A stretch of 62,000 nucleotides of DNA from Octopus vulgaris (Eukaryota), in assembly GCA_951406725.2 (NCBI GenBank), contig OX597822.1:43544001-43606000 (forward strand). Direction: 5' to 3'. The notes below the pieces were generated by a model. The model did no database searches, was not told the DNA's origin, and worked only from the letters and a program-made list of their open reading frames with translations. Each line of letters opens with the position of its first letter. Position 1 is the first letter of the stretch. Positions 28,108 through 42,149 of the stretch are shown here, piece after piece. The position numbers and the translations under genes are program-made.

Positions 28108-29024
28108 ACGTTGTCAGAACAAAACAAAACAGAGGCGCAGCAAAGCAATTCGAACGTGGACGCTCCTTAAGAGCCCATGGTTAAACTGTTTATCAATGTA
28201 CGTTGAAATTGGGGGGTTGGTGGGGTCCGACAAAAGGTCCGTTGGAATAATTACAGGTCAGGCCGCGGTCAAATCTAGTAGGTGAGGAATTAATGAGAAC
28301 AAGGCACATATTGTTCGCCAGAGGCCGTTTGGTAAACGGGCTTTTACAGACGGCTTTTCGATGTCCCCATTGGCGGCGTCAAACTTATCTTACATATAAA
28401 TGATACCTAAGACAATTATCACCCTATTAAAATGAAAATAATTTTTGGAAATAATTTTTGAAAAAACTTTTAAAAAAATCTATGAATAACTCTTGCAAGG
28501 GGAAATTACTCCCATTAGGCGATTGGTCGGTTTTTTTTTAGAAGCAAACGCTGGAATTATATATACCCTTATGATTCTTTGACGATGTTAATTTTTAGAC
28601 AAGTAGGCCTAGACGAACACACGAACACAGAATTTTTTCAGCCGCCTGACAGGCCTTTTTCAGCAGTGCTCATTATCTAGCGCCCCTCGCCAACATACGG
28701 CCGCGCACACATAGGCTAGTATACACATACATGCTTTTAGTTAGGTTTTGTCTCGCCCCTAAAATACACCCCGTATTCTTAAAATATTCAGAACATTAGT
28801 TTTGGTCACACAGAACATCTCCACACCCCTTGTTCTCATTAATTCCTCACCTACTAGATTTGACCGCGACCTGACCTGTAATTATTCCAACGGTCCTATT
28901 GTCGGCCCCCACCAACCCCCCGATTTCAACGTACATTGATAAACAGTTTAACCATGGGCTCTTAAGGAGCGTCCTCGTTCGAATTGCTTTGCTGCACCTC
29001 TGTTTTGTTTTGTTCGGACAACGT

Positions 29025-29132
29025 AATTCCTGGTTTTTCCTGAAGAGAAAGCTGCAATATGGTATCCTTATTTAATCAGAATTTGGAAAATTGTGGCCTT
29101 TGAAACATGTGTAGAATGTAATAAAAGGAATT
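29025..29132 (+). ncRNA. Type I hammerhead ribozyme (right arm)
   Basis: CTGAAGA 29040-29046; stem II 29047-29058/29090-29101 (one mismatch, G-U pairs); GAAAC 29102-29106; GTA 29111-29113; stem I TTC/GAA plus distal AATTCCT/AGGAATT. Confidence 0.7.
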
Positions 29133-29331
29133 CTGTACAATCTTCGTTCAACTCCATTTCTTCCATTCACTAATTATATTAAACTTCAATTATCCGCACC
29201 AACGCACGGTTGCAACACCAAATGGTCTTATCTCCAACCGTGTTTTTTTCTGCTGTGATTTTTGCTACCCAGGTATCGGTTAAACTTTTGAATAATCTGT
29301 AACAAGAAAATTCATCTTTCCATTTCAACAA

Positions 29332-29372
<41 letters not shown>

Positions 29373-29373
<1 letters not shown>

Positions 29374-29599
29374 TTTATTTAAAGCAGCAGAAAATTCAAC
29401 AAAACCTATTACTCTGAGTTTCCCGTTGCCGTTCATCGGACAGTTTTTACTAGAAAAAACTGTCCGATGAACGGCAACGGGAAACTCAGGGTAACAGGTT
29501 TTGTTGAATTTTCTGCTGCTTTAAATAAAGCATATTACTCTACCACTGGTATTTGAGTACTCTTTTTTCCACCTTGTTTCACATTTATGTGTTTACTCC

Positions 29600-29600
<1 letters not shown>
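29373..29600. mobile_element. 158-bp palindrome plus 70-bp tail, minimal hammerhead-like motif in each arm, flanked by (TA)n
   Basis: Arms 29373-29448 and 29455-29530 (2 mismatches); CTGT-CCGATGA-ACGGCAACGG-GAAAC-TCAG(A/G)-GTA-ACAG; related copy at 35541-35790. Confidence 0.8.
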
Positions 29601-29641
<41 letters not shown>

Positions 29642-29734
29642 AATGTATGTATGCATGTATGTAATGTATGTATGTATGTATGTATGCAATGTATGTATGT
29701 ATGTATGCATGTATGTATGTATGTATGTGTGTGT

Positions 29735-29945
29735 GTGTGTATGTTTGTGTGTCTGTGCTTGTCCCTGCAACATCGCTTGACAACCGATGGTGGTGAGTTT
29801 ACATCCCCGTAACTTAGCGGTTCGGCAAAAGAGACCGATAGAATAAGTACTAGGCTTACAAAGAATAAGTCCTGGAGTTGATTTGCTCGACTAAAGGCGA
29901 TGCTCCAGTATGGCCGCAATCAAATGACTGAAACAATAAAAGAAA
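29735..29945 (+). mobile_element. SINE family S1, 3' half
   Basis: GTGTCTGTGCTTGTCCCTGCAACATCGCTTGACAACCG...CAAATGACTGAAACAATAAAAG. Confidence 0.85.
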
Positions 29946-30881
29946 AAGAAATAGCCCTGTCACAAAATTTCTTTCGTTTAGATGCACTGAATTCGATTCC
30001 CGGAGCGGGCTCTGTGTTGTATTCTTTAGCAAGACATTTTATTTCATATTGCTCCATTGCACTCGATTGTAGAAATGAATTGCAACGTCACTGGTGCCGA
30101 GTTGTATCGGCCTTTACCTTTCCCTTGTACAACATCAGTGGCGTGCAGAGGGAAGGTTGTATGGGCGACTGCTGGTCTTCCATAAACAATCTTGCCCGGA
30201 CCTGTGCTTCGGACGGGAACTTTCTAGGTGTAATCCTATTGTCATTCATAACCAAAAGGGTTCTTTATCCTTTTTACCCTTTTAAAATGCAAGAAAGAAC
30301 AAACGTGAAGTCAGCATGGCCGGATTTGAACCTAGAGTATAAATACAGATAACTAATACAGCGTGACGTTGTCTACAGCAATCCACTGTTTGCGATGTCC
30401 CCCGATATGTACGGGTAATCCACTGGTAGTGTTAAACAATTTCGATTAGTACTGATAGGGGTAGTAAAATGTAAAAGTGGCAGTAGAAGTGTCGGTAGAG
30501 GCTATAGTAACGGAATAGCTAGTAGTAGTTGTAGTGCTAGCGATAGAGTGGAAGTATGAGTGGTAGTATTAGGGTTGTAGCTGCGGTTGTGTTGGTAATG
30601 GTAAAAGTGGTAGTAGTAATAGTGGTAGCAGCGTGTGTTTTATTACTAGTATTCATAATGGTAGTTGTAGTAGTAGCTGTCATGGGGATAATTCTTTCTA
30701 TATTCAAATCATGATATGATGGCGTTCTTTCTGCTCTCGTTCTTGCTGTTGTTGTTTTTGTTGTTGTTGTTGTTGTTTTCTGTTATTGTTGCAGTTGTCC
30801 TATCAATAGCTAGCAATTAATCTTCGGAATACTTTCTGTTGAAGACATCTTCTGATACTGCTTGTGTATACGCATGAGTCA

Positions 30882-30914
<33 letters not shown>

Positions 30915-30958
30915 CGCATATATATATATGTATGTATATATTTGTATATATGCATATA

Positions 30959-31003
<45 letters not shown>

Positions 31004-31779
31004 TGTGTATGTGTGTGTGTTGTGCGTGTTTATGGATATGTGGGTATCATCTCTCTCTTACTTGTTTCAGTCATTGGACAGCGGCCATGCTGGAGCACCG
31101 CAGTCGAGTTGAAGACATCTATCACTGCACTTCTTTTCTTCTTTTATTGTTTAGTTATGTTTAGCCTGGTAATTATTCTATTGAAATCATTTTGACAGAA
31201 GTTCTAAGTTATGAGGACGTGAACACACCAACACCGGCTGTCAAGTTGTCAAGTGGTGGTGGTAGTGAATAACTACAAAGACATGCGCGAATATCCATCT
31301 ATCTATCTATCTATCATCTATCTATCTATCTATATACAGACGACAAATTCTTTCAGTTCCTCTCTACCAAATCTTTGGTTGGCCAGGACCTTTAATAGAA
31401 AACAATTCCCCAGGGTGTTTTTCAGTGGGATTGAACCTGCAACCAGATGGAAAGGAAGCATGCTTCTTACCACAGAGCCATGAGTGCAGCGTTTATTTCT
31501 AATTTGATATTATTGTATCATTTCTTTTGCCAATCTCTCAAGCTAAAAAGACGTAAACAAACTAACACCGGTCGTCATGTAGTGAAGGTCGACAAACACA
31601 ACACACACAAACTCATATATATGATGGGCAACTGAAACATTCATGGTTTTAAGGGTATTGCAAAAAGCCTGGTTACAGGCCCAAACTTGCAACTTCTTTT
31701 TACAGGGCCTAGAAAAACTGAAGGTCCACTGCAATAAATGTGTAATTCACAGAGGGGTATATATTAAATCTTTTCTACT

Positions 31780-31980
31780 ATAGGAACAAAACTGAAATTC
31801 GGGGGAGGGTTAAGTCGATTATATCGACCCCAGTACTCAAATGGTACTGAATTTATCGACCCTGAAAGAATGAAAGGTAAAGCCGACCTTGGCGGAATTT
31901 GAACTCAGAATATAGCGACAGTTGAAATGACACCAAGAATCTCGCCAGGTGTGTTAACGACTCTGCTAACTCACCGCTTG
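31780..31980 (-). mobile_element. SINE family S2
   Basis: GACCTTGGCGGAATTTGAACTCAGAA motif. Confidence 0.8.
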
Positions 31981-32117
31981 GAGTGAGGGGTGGGGAATAT
32001 GTTGAAAAACAAAATCATTGGGGGCTGATTCGCTGGTGCAAAGGTAACACTTAGTCGCGTTAACGAATGAATGTGAGTTCGACTCCCACGCGGATAGGAA
32101 AGCCTTATTTTTAAATA

Positions 32118-32286
32118 GGCACAGGAGTGGCTGTGTGGTTAGTAGCTTGCTTGCCCGCCACATGGTTCTGGGTTCAGTCCCACTGCGTGGCACCTTGGGA
32201 GAGTGTCTTCTACTATAGCCTCGGGCCGACCAAAGCCTTGTGAGTGGATTTGGTAGACGGAAATTAACAGAAGCCCGTCGTGTATG

Positions 32287-32363
<77 letters not shown>

Positions 32364-32550
32364 TTGTGTGTCTGTGTTTGTCCCCCCAACATCGCTTGAC
32401 AACCGATGCTGGTGTGTTTACGTCCCCGTTACTTAGAGGTTCGGCAAGAGAACCGATAGAATAAGTACTAGGGTTACAAAGAATAAGTCCTGGGGACTAT
32501 TTGCTCGACTAAAGGCGCTGTTCCATCATGGCCGCAGTCAAATGACTGAA
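32118..32550 (+). mobile_element. SINE family S1, complete
   Basis: AGGCACAGGAGTGGCTGTGTGG head, (TA)n(TG)n, full 3' half. Confidence 0.9.
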
Positions 32551-32927
32551 ACAAATATAAGAATAATTAGCTGATCCTCCTCTATTTTTTTTTGCCCAAA
32601 GTCAGCAACTTTTCAGCCTCCTCTCGTATATACAACGGGTTTCCATGCAGTTTCTGTGTACCGAATTTAATCGAAGCATTGCTTGGTCCGGGGCCATAGC
32701 CATAGACATGTACCCATGCTGAAGCACTGTGAGTTTCTACATGAAACCATGTATTAACATACTGAACCTCTTAATCACACAACCATGATTTCCACTGTTA
32801 GTTTGAATCAGCATCAAGTGTTGTGTTACTATGTATTCTTGACTGTGCGTGTCGTTATATATGTATACGTGTGTGTGTATATATATATATACACGCATAT
32901 ATCTATATATGTGTGTGTATATATGTA

Positions 32928-33150
32928 TACGCGGGGGTGCTGAAGAGTTCCTTGCGTTGGGTAAAAGAAAACACGGGAGGGTCAGTTAATTGTAAACTTT
33001 ATTCAAAATATTTCTTACTCAGATTAACACACTTATTGCAGCGGTCTTTCAGAATTTCGAAGCCCTTTAAAAAGAGCTCGGAACGTCGGTCCTCTAACCA
33101 GGCCTTTCGCGACGCCCTTAAAGCCAGAAACTTTTCAGTACTCCATCGTA
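32928..33150. mobile_element. mariner-type MITE
   Basis: Imperfect ~28-bp TIRs TACGCGGGGGTGCTGAAGAGTTCC / GAAACTTTTCAGTACTCCATCGTA bounded by TA. Confidence 0.6.
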
Positions 33151-34770
33151 TATATATATGTTCTATCGTACTTTTGCCGGTGTTGAATACATCTGGAAGT
33201 ACTTGTATACTAAATACATCCAGATGTCGAATGACAGTAGTTATAAGTTTAGTCCTTAAAGATAAAACCATTTTGCGTAACGTATATTTCCGCAAGCAGA
33301 TTTATAATCCCAGTCTGTCTGTCTGTCTGTCTGTCTATCTGTCTGTCAGTGAATATCTTTTCGCCTGCTGTCAGATTACATATTTGTTCTCTACTTCCTC
33401 AGTATTCTAGAAATTAGCAAACACTCTTCGTCTATCTGCCTATCTCTCATACATCCATCCATCCATCTTTCTCCCCCCTCTCTCTCTCTCTCTATATCTA
33501 TCTATCAGTCTATTTGTCTGTCTGTTTAACTGTTTGTCTGCCTGTATGGATGTGCACATGGGCGTGTCTGCATATGTTAATGAGTATATATATATATACG
33601 CGCACACATACGTAACTTCACGTCCACTCCTACATAGAGGCAACTAAGTGTTGATGTATTTACATATAAGTAAACTATGTAAATATGCATACACACACAC
33701 ATACACACACACACGCTTATAAAAATGCACCCACACACGAACAGACATATACACAGAATCCGACAGTGAAACACATACACACACACACACACACATACAA
33801 ACAAACAAACTAATATATAGAAATATTGCATTGTCAAAGAATGATGACGGTTGAACGGTCCGTTGCCCGGTGCGATGTGTTGTAGTGTGATTTAATACGT
33901 TACAAAGTGACGCTTCATTCAGTCGGCCATTTGTCAATTTTACCCCACCAACGCCACACGTATATTCAGCATTCAGTCCGTCTTTTGATGTTTCAAAAAC
34001 CACTCAAAACCCCTTCCCGCATCATCCCATCCCAACCTCACATGATGAACCTAACCTTGTCGCCCTCGAACCAGCCCATAACGTATATATGTTTGAATAA
34101 ATCTAATCGGTTTATACATGAGATACAATATGTAAATATGCACTCCATCCCCGTACATAGCCATCTTCATTGAAAATCACTCTGACGTTTGGAAATACTC
34201 TATTTATTTAAAATTGAAGACTTGCATATGACTGTATCTGTGTGTATGTTTGTGCGAGTGTTTGTGTGTGTGAGTGCGTGTGCGATGTTTCCTGTGTATA
34301 TGTGACGTGTGTGGTGAGGCTAGCGTGTGTGTATACAGACAAATTAAATGCACACACACATGTGTATAAGTGTGAAATATTGATGCACATATATCATATG
34401 AATATAAAGATTTGTATATATATATATGTGTGTGTGTGTATGTTTGTACATATATATATATATATATACATATATAGGTAAATAATAGAGCATATGTATG
34501 TATATATATATATATATATACATATAATAGATGCATATGTATATATATATATATATATTTACATGTACATTTATATGAATATATGTATACACTTATATAC
34601 ACAGATGCATGTATTCATTGCATATAAAAATACAAACACACAAAGACACACACATATATGTAATCCACAAACATATAAATCCATATATACATACTTTATG
34701 TCATATATATATACATATATATATGAATATATATATATACATATATATACATATATATATATATATACAT

Positions 34771-34801
<31 letters not shown>

Positions 34802-34802
34802 C

Positions 34803-34834
<32 letters not shown>

Positions 34835-35493
34835 ATATGTGAATATACGTATGTATATATTTGTTTATTTTTCAATGTGTGTTTCTGTGTGTAAGTGTAT
34901 GTATACATATACATTTATGTCTATGTGTGCACAAGTGCGTATATGTATGAATGGGTTTGTTTGAATGTATACATATGTGAAAAAATATATAGACCATGCG
35001 TGTGTGCATGTGTATGTGTGTGTATGTGAGAGAGAGAGAGAGAGAGAGAGAGAGTGAGTGGAAGCGAGAGCGGGAGAGCATATGTTCCCATCGGCATAGC
35101 TATATCCTACAGTATCACATTCCATATCAGAGCTTTGCTATTATCTAGTCCCACAATTAAAGAGAGGAATAGATTCCCAGTATGACATTAATAGCGAAAT
35201 AATCTAATTTATTGTTAAAAATTTCTTTATAATTAGTTACATCGCAAATGCTAATTGTCATTATTTAGTACGTGGTTGGGTATATGAGTGGTTTTAAAAT
35301 CTACGTTTGAAGGTGTGTCCATATGAATGATCGTTTGATAATTGTAGTGTGAAATGAAAAGATGCATCGATATGTTATATTTCGGGGTAGGTGTTGGAAA
35401 ACCGTGTAGGAAATACTTGCTATTTCATTTTAAAAATCGGAGAAGATGAAAAGTTATATTCAAATATATACAGGAATATATATATCTATGCAG

Positions 35494-35528
<35 letters not shown>

Positions 35529-35540
35529 ACATTATATATA

Positions 35541-35790
35541 TTTCATCTAAAAACGACAGAAACATAATAAAAACTGTGACTCAAAAGTTTCATGTTCTCG
35601 TTCGTCGGACAGTTTTGTATAGAATTTTAGGATTCTAACCAAATCTGTCCGACGAACGGGAACGCGAATCTCTGAGTAACAGTTTTTGTGATATTTCTAC
35701 TACTTTTCAATAAAGCATATTACTCTACCTCTGGTATTCGAGTACTATTTTTTCCACATTGTTTCGCATTTATGTGCTTACCCAAGTGTA
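35541..35790. mobile_element. Diverged copy of the 29373-29600 palindromic element, flanked by (TA)n
   Basis: TCGTTCGTCGGACAGTTTT...AAATCTGTCCGACGAACGGGAACG, same tail CATATTACTCTACC.CTGGTATT.GAGTACT. Confidence 0.75.
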
Positions 35791-35792
35791 TC

Positions 35793-35837
<45 letters not shown>

Positions 35838-35859
35838 GTGTGCGCGTTGATGAGAATAA

Positions 35860-36170
35860 TGAATGCGCGAAGCGTCAGGCTACACTCAAGAGGTTGTGAG
35901 TTCAATTTCCAAACTGGGCTGAGTGTTCTTGAGCAAGACACTTCATGTCACGTTGTTCCATTTCATTCAGCTGTAGAACTGAGTTGCGACGTGACTGGTG
36001 CCAAACTGTATCGGCCCCTTTGCCTTTCCCTTGGACATCATTAGTGATGTAGACAGGGGGAGGCTGTTATGCATGGGAGACCGCTGGGCTTTTACAAACA
36101 ACCTTGCACAGATTTGCGTTTACGAGATAAACTGTCTGGGTTTCAATCCCATCGTACTTCGTGATGGAAA
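35860..36170 (+). mobile_element. SINE family S4 (related copies near 29990-30200 and 23120-23250)
   Basis: Shared TTGCGACGTGACTGGTGCCAAACTGTATCGGCC.TTTGCCTTTCCCTTG segment after a degenerate tRNA-like head. Confidence 0.55.
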
Positions 36171-36417
36171 GGTGTCTTAAAAGGTATGAAGAGTAACGTC
36201 TGTTTTTTACGTTATAGTTATAGTAAAAATAGTTTGACATTAAACTGAAGATTTACCATTATTTTTTGTTGAAAACATATCTATGAAACATCTACATGAA
36301 GAGTGGTGGCACTGACTTCAAACATTTTGGCATGCTAACCCTCGATGGATAGATTGCCGAAGGCTAGTAGGCTTAATATTTGGAGTTACTGTCTCCACTA
36401 TTCTTGTAAAAGAATAA

Positions 36418-36515
<98 letters not shown>

Positions 36516-39500
36516 CGGGCCCTAAGGTCCATGTTTGGCGGACAGTTTAACATTTATTTCGCTCCCTGTCTGCCGAGGATGGGCGGTAGTGGCACCGCGG
36601 TACTTTTTCACAAGAGCCTGGATCTCGAAGTCAAGACGATATTCGTAGACCCGGAGGGTAGACTGGTCGTTCTGGATGTTGACGGCAGCAATGGGTGCGC
36701 TTTTCGACTCGTATCAGTCTACGCACCGCCCTTAACAGGTCGGGCGGATTTCTTTCGACGTCTAGAAGTATTCTTGGGAACGTCTCGTCCTTTACTCTTA
36801 GTGGGGGATTGGAATGCTACCTTGGACACGCATGTAGACTACGTGGGTAGAGACAGAAACAGAAGGGGATGCAAATGCCTCAGAGACCTGCTCAGACGAT
36901 TCCAACTGTCTGACAGGTACCGACTCGACCACCCAAATGCACCAACGTGGACATGGAGCAACCGCAGTGGGTCGTCGAGATCGTATCTAGATAGGATACT
37001 GTGTAGGACAGTAGACAAGGATAACTTAGGATGTCCACAATTCCACACAGTCAGCTACACGGATCACAAATTGGTGACGTGTACGCTAGACTTAGATAAG
37101 GCACATAGACAGGGTCCTGGGTACTGGAAACTGAACGCATCATTCCCGTCCAGACAAGTTTTCAGAGACCGGATTAGCACACTAGTAAAGAGGGCTTTGA
37201 CGGGAGCCATCATCAACAACAAATGGTGGTTTGCCCTCAAGAGAGCAGTAAAAGCAGAAGCGATTAGGTACAGCAAAGCACTAGCCATAGATAGAAATAG
37301 AGTAGAGGGTGAGCTAGTTAAGAAGCTAGAAGAGGCAATTAGAAGCGGCATCGCATCCGACGTTTTGGCGGCGAGGTTGGCCCTCGACCAACACTTCAAC
37401 GCCAAACACGAAGGATGTGCTGTCAGAGCTAGGATGCGTGCTCTAAGGAACGAAGGTGTTGGAGCCGCGAGAGAGGCCCGGGTGGCAGAGGCGCAACAGG
37501 GCAACAAAGCCACCATTCGGTCACTGGTAGATGAACAGGGGCGCGAATTGCTCGAGCCAAGTAAAATGTGTGAGGCCTTTCAGCAGCATTTTGCCCGACT
37601 GTTCGGGACGAGTGAAGGGCAAGAACGTAGGGTGGACTTCAGTGCCTACCTACATAGCCTGCCACGACTCTCGACAAGAAAGCAGGGTGCTGCGAAGGTG
37701 CCATCACGGCGGCGGGAGTGCGGGAAGCGATAGCAGAATGCTCGAGGGACAAATCACCGGGATTGGATGGTCTACCCTACGAGTTTTACAATTGTATGCC
37801 AGACTTGTTTGGAGACGTCTTGGCAGCGGTATACTGCAACTGGCAGCAAAACGGGAGCATACCCGGTTTTGTGAGTCGAGGAGCTGTAACTCTGCTGAAG
37901 AAAGATCCAAACAAGGGAAACATTATAGATAACTTTAGACCAATCACGCTGCTCAATGCAGACCTGAAAATTTTGACAAAGGTGTTAGCCAAGAGGTTGG
38001 CGCTTGTCATCAAGAAACTGGTCGACAACGCACAAACGTGCGCCGTGCCGGGCCGGAGCATCCATGACAACCTCCATCTGATGCGCTACATCATAGACAG
38101 GGTAGTTAACGAACCTGGCATGGGTGGGGCCCTGATCAACTTGGATCAATCGAAAGCCTTTGATAGGGTAGACCATCGATACTTGGAGGCAGTCCTGAGG
38201 GCGGCTGGTTTCGGTCCCGTCTTCCGCGGCTGGATAGCTGCCATGTACAGAGGCATCCGTTCGGTAATTCGCGTAAATGGACATCTATCGAGACCTTTCG
38301 ACATTGCACGTTCGGTCCGTCAGGGATGCCCCCTCTCGGCGCTTCTATACGTATTGACTCTTGAGCCACTACTGCGGAAGCTGGCGACTCTAAGGGGCAT
38401 CCCGCGAGAATTGGGATGCGGGACGAGCGTGTCTGCATACGCGGACGACGTCACCGTCATAGTGTCAAGCCACGAGCACATCGAGCGGGTCGGCGAGACA
38501 CTGAAAGACTACGAAGCGGTGACAGGAGCAAAAATCAACCGGGAAAAGACAGTGGGCTTGCGGCTCGGCACCTGGAGAAGCAAGCCCATGCCGTCCACCA
38601 GTACCTCCGTCGTGGGACGCTGGACAGACGGCCCGGTTGAGTTGCTCGGGGTCTGGTTCGGTCCGGACCTCCAAATGGAGAAGAACTGGAACGAGATAAC
38701 GAGTAGGGTGGTCACTCTCGCCCAGCAATGGGCCGAGAGGAAACTGTCCCTAAAAGGTCGGGCGGAGGTGGTGAACGCGTACATCGCGTCCATCATCTAC
38801 TACCGCCTGACCGTCGTACCTTGTCCCGACCCTACCATCACCAAACTAGAACGCATCCTCTTCCGCTTCTTGTGGAAAGGATGCGTCCCGATGGTCAGGC
38901 GATCCATTTGCTGTCAACACCCGTTAAAAGGAGGGCTGGGCATGCCGTGGTTGATGATGCGCAGACACGCGCTGAGACTGCGACATCTCCGGCTCTATGT
39001 AGACGACGGTGAACAGGTGTGGTCGCCGTTTGTGAGGCACGCATTCCCGCAACTCGTCTCCATGACCGAACTACAGTCGTGGATCAAAAAGAGGCCGAGG
39101 AAGGGCGAATGGCACCGCGAGTGTCGCGTTGCTCTCAAGCAACTCTGCCGTCCCGGGTCGACCTTGAGTGACTTCAACACAACCAAAGCATTCTATAGGG
39201 GATTAGTGGATGGGAGGTACGACGACGAGCTCGGAGCAAACCTGGGCGCCGACGAGGAATACCTGACCCGCCTGTTTCAAACGACTTTCGGCCCGGGACC
39301 TATGGACAACTTCCAGAGATCCCTGGCCTGGCGGTGCTACCGAGAAGCGCTACCCGTTCGGGATAAGCTCTACAGGCATGACTCAAGAAACACGGGGCCG
39401 ACCTGCCCGAGATGCGGGCAGAGCGACGAAACCGCTCTGCACGCAATCGTGCAGTGTCCAGCAATTTCCCACCTGTGGGCTTATGTCGAACGACTGCTGT

Positions 39501-40171
39501 CACGTGTGGGACGTGTCGGTTTATCAGCCGAGTCTATCGTTAATATCGTCACGCCTCCTTCCTTCAAACGGGAAGGAAGAGCTATTTTTATCATACTTGT
39601 GGCTATGGCGAAAGAATGTATCTGGTGGACGCGCCTGAAAGGATTAGAGACAAACACTTTCCTCTCTGGTCAATCTCTCATCAACTTCTTCAAGTATCAC
39701 TTGAAGAGGAAAGTGAGTAGAGAGGCAAGTTTTGTCTAGTGAATGTTTTAAAAAAAGATGGGTGAATGTAGCAAGGATGGCACGTATGAATGACGAAGCC
39801 ACCTTGACTATGATTCTATGAACCATAAAAATTAATACAGAGAGTTGCTTATTTGCAAAAAAAAAAAAAAAAAAAAGAAATATAACATGTGACTTCATTG
39901 ACCGAGGTTACCGTGGTCTTTTCCGTAGGCTTTTCTTTCCACGGGTAAACCTCACCTGTCCTCCCCTTTACACTTCATATTGACATTTCTGTGATAACGA
40001 TCCCTATTATTCATTTTTTTTCTCCCCCCCTTTTTTTTGTCCTTTTTTCTTTCCTTTTACGATCCCTTTTGATCGAAAACCACCACTCTCTTTTTTTTAC
40101 CCCCAAAAGAAAAGCTCTACCTTGTAATTTGTTCTATCTGTGTGCAGCCCTGTGTGGCTAATAAAGAAACA
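36516..40171 (+). mobile_element. Tx1/L1-like LINE copy C, truncated early in the endonuclease domain, between (TATC)n arrays
   Basis: ORF2 nearly open (36516-37733 and 37718-39739): GDWNA, YLDRIL, QGCPLS, YADD, CPRCGQSDETALHAIVQC; starts after TATCTA, ends AATAAAGAAACA|TATC. Confidence 0.95.
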
Positions 40172-40597
40172 TATCTATCTATCTATCTATCTAACTATGT
40201 CTGTGTGTAATGTGTGTGTGTGTGTGTGTATATATACAGGCTTAACTAGATACATGTATATGTCGGTATGTGTGTGTATGTATATGCACACATGTACGTA
40301 CAAAAACACATACACACACAACGCATACACGCACTGTGAAACAGAGAAGCGTCTTGAATGTCGACGGCTCTGTATCCGAAATGTCATGAATGCATTCTCG
40401 GTTCGCACGGCAATCAAATTCAATGATACTTATAAACATTCTTGTATGTTGTTTAAAGTTGTCCATGGAAGTTAGAAACATTAGATGTGCGTAGACCGAA
40501 AGGCCGAGAATAAGAGACGGACAGAGAGAAGAACAGGAAGGGTTAGAGAGATACATAGAAAGAAAGAAATCCACACGCACACACACAGGTATTTTCA

Positions 40598-40643
<46 letters not shown>

Positions 40644-41142
40644 TAAATTGTAAGTTGAATGAGATAAAAGAAGGGGAAATCACGATATGAGAACCTTGTT
40701 GTTGAGTGTTTGAAACATTAGAAATTCAAACAGATTATTCGAGAATGTTCGAAAGTAATCGAATTCCAACTTCTCTACTTGAGATCTTTAGAAAGTTTGG
40801 CCCAAACACTGCGCCGTGTACTCATTCTCCATTTCTTTCTCGTTCCGTGAAAGTTGTTGCCAAGGTGCCAAGGTAAGAAGTGTTTGTTTGCAAACGAGAT
40901 GTTAAGAGGTCGCACAAGTTCTAATTACATCCGCAAACTTCTGCACTACTTTGGCTATACTTCACTTGACGGACACAGGAGGCCAACGAACTGTTTTGCG
41001 AGGTTGTCCTCTTGCTTCTGTGTGACTATGTGTAAGTATCTATGCGTGTATATGTGAAAGCGCGAGACAGAGTCTTCATATGTGAGTTTGTATGTCCGTA
41101 TATAATATGTGTGTGTATGCATGTATTTATGTATGTAATCAA

Positions 41143-41277
<135 letters not shown>

Positions 41278-41587
41278 AACCTGTCTGTTGTGTCTGTCTC
41301 TCTTTGCAACAGTCTGTTTATCCGTCTATCTCTTTGTCTGCCTGTCTATCTCGCTATCACTCTCTCTATATATATATGTATATAATATATATACATATAT
41401 TTTTGGCTGTGGTTGCGCGCGCGTATGGTGTTCATGCGCATGTGTGACTATGTGTATGACTTCTTGAAATATTAATTTGTGTCGAAAGAACGGAGAAGAC
41501 TTAATTCAGTACATGCTCTATTCCTTTTTAGTAATTCATGATTCAAACCAATGTGATCATGAGGATAATATATATAAGTATATATAT

Positions 41588-41627
<40 letters not shown>

Positions 41628-41694
41628 CTTGGAAATGGATGTGCGGCGTTCAATTAGATAATAATAAAATAAAAATAATATATGTATATGCATG

Positions 41695-41770
<76 letters not shown>

Positions 41771-41893
41771 CATGGGTACAGGACATCAACAACAGTAAAC
41801 AGCAAGAACTATGAAAAAAAAATGAATTAAATACGCAAACAACGAGAGTGAAATTGGAAAACAGGAGAGTATTAACATACGAGGAAACCATCA

Positions 41894-41941
<48 letters not shown>

Positions 41942-42149
41942 TGTATATGCTTGTGTATCTCTGTTTGTCTTGACAACCGATAGTGGTGTGTTTACGTCCC
42001 CTTAACATAGCGGTTCGGGGCAAAAGGAACCAATAGAATAAGTACTAGGCTTACGATGAATAAGTCCTGGGGTCGATTTGCCCGACTAAAGGTGGTGTTC
42101 CAGCATGGCCGCAGTCAAGAGACTGAAACAAGTAAAAGAATAAAAGAAT

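Larger units (their letters stand above)
27953..29179. mobile_element. 1.2-kb fold-back element with ~350-bp inverted arms, each with a hammerhead (Penelope-like pLTR architecture)
   Basis: 27953-28304 is the reverse complement of 28828-29179 with about 8-9 differences; 523-bp non-coding spacer. Confidence 0.9.

Noticed and set aside
29273-29291. Terminal exon GYRLNF* as an annotated feature
   Set aside because: Good acceptor but only six codons, and it lies between two halves of a possibly single SINE; kept only as an option in the gene-model finding.
36345-36515. N-terminal extension fusing (SIYL)n to the Tx1 endonuclease in the 462-aa ORF
   Set aside because: Chance read-through across the target array into a truncated element; no promoter or Kozak support.
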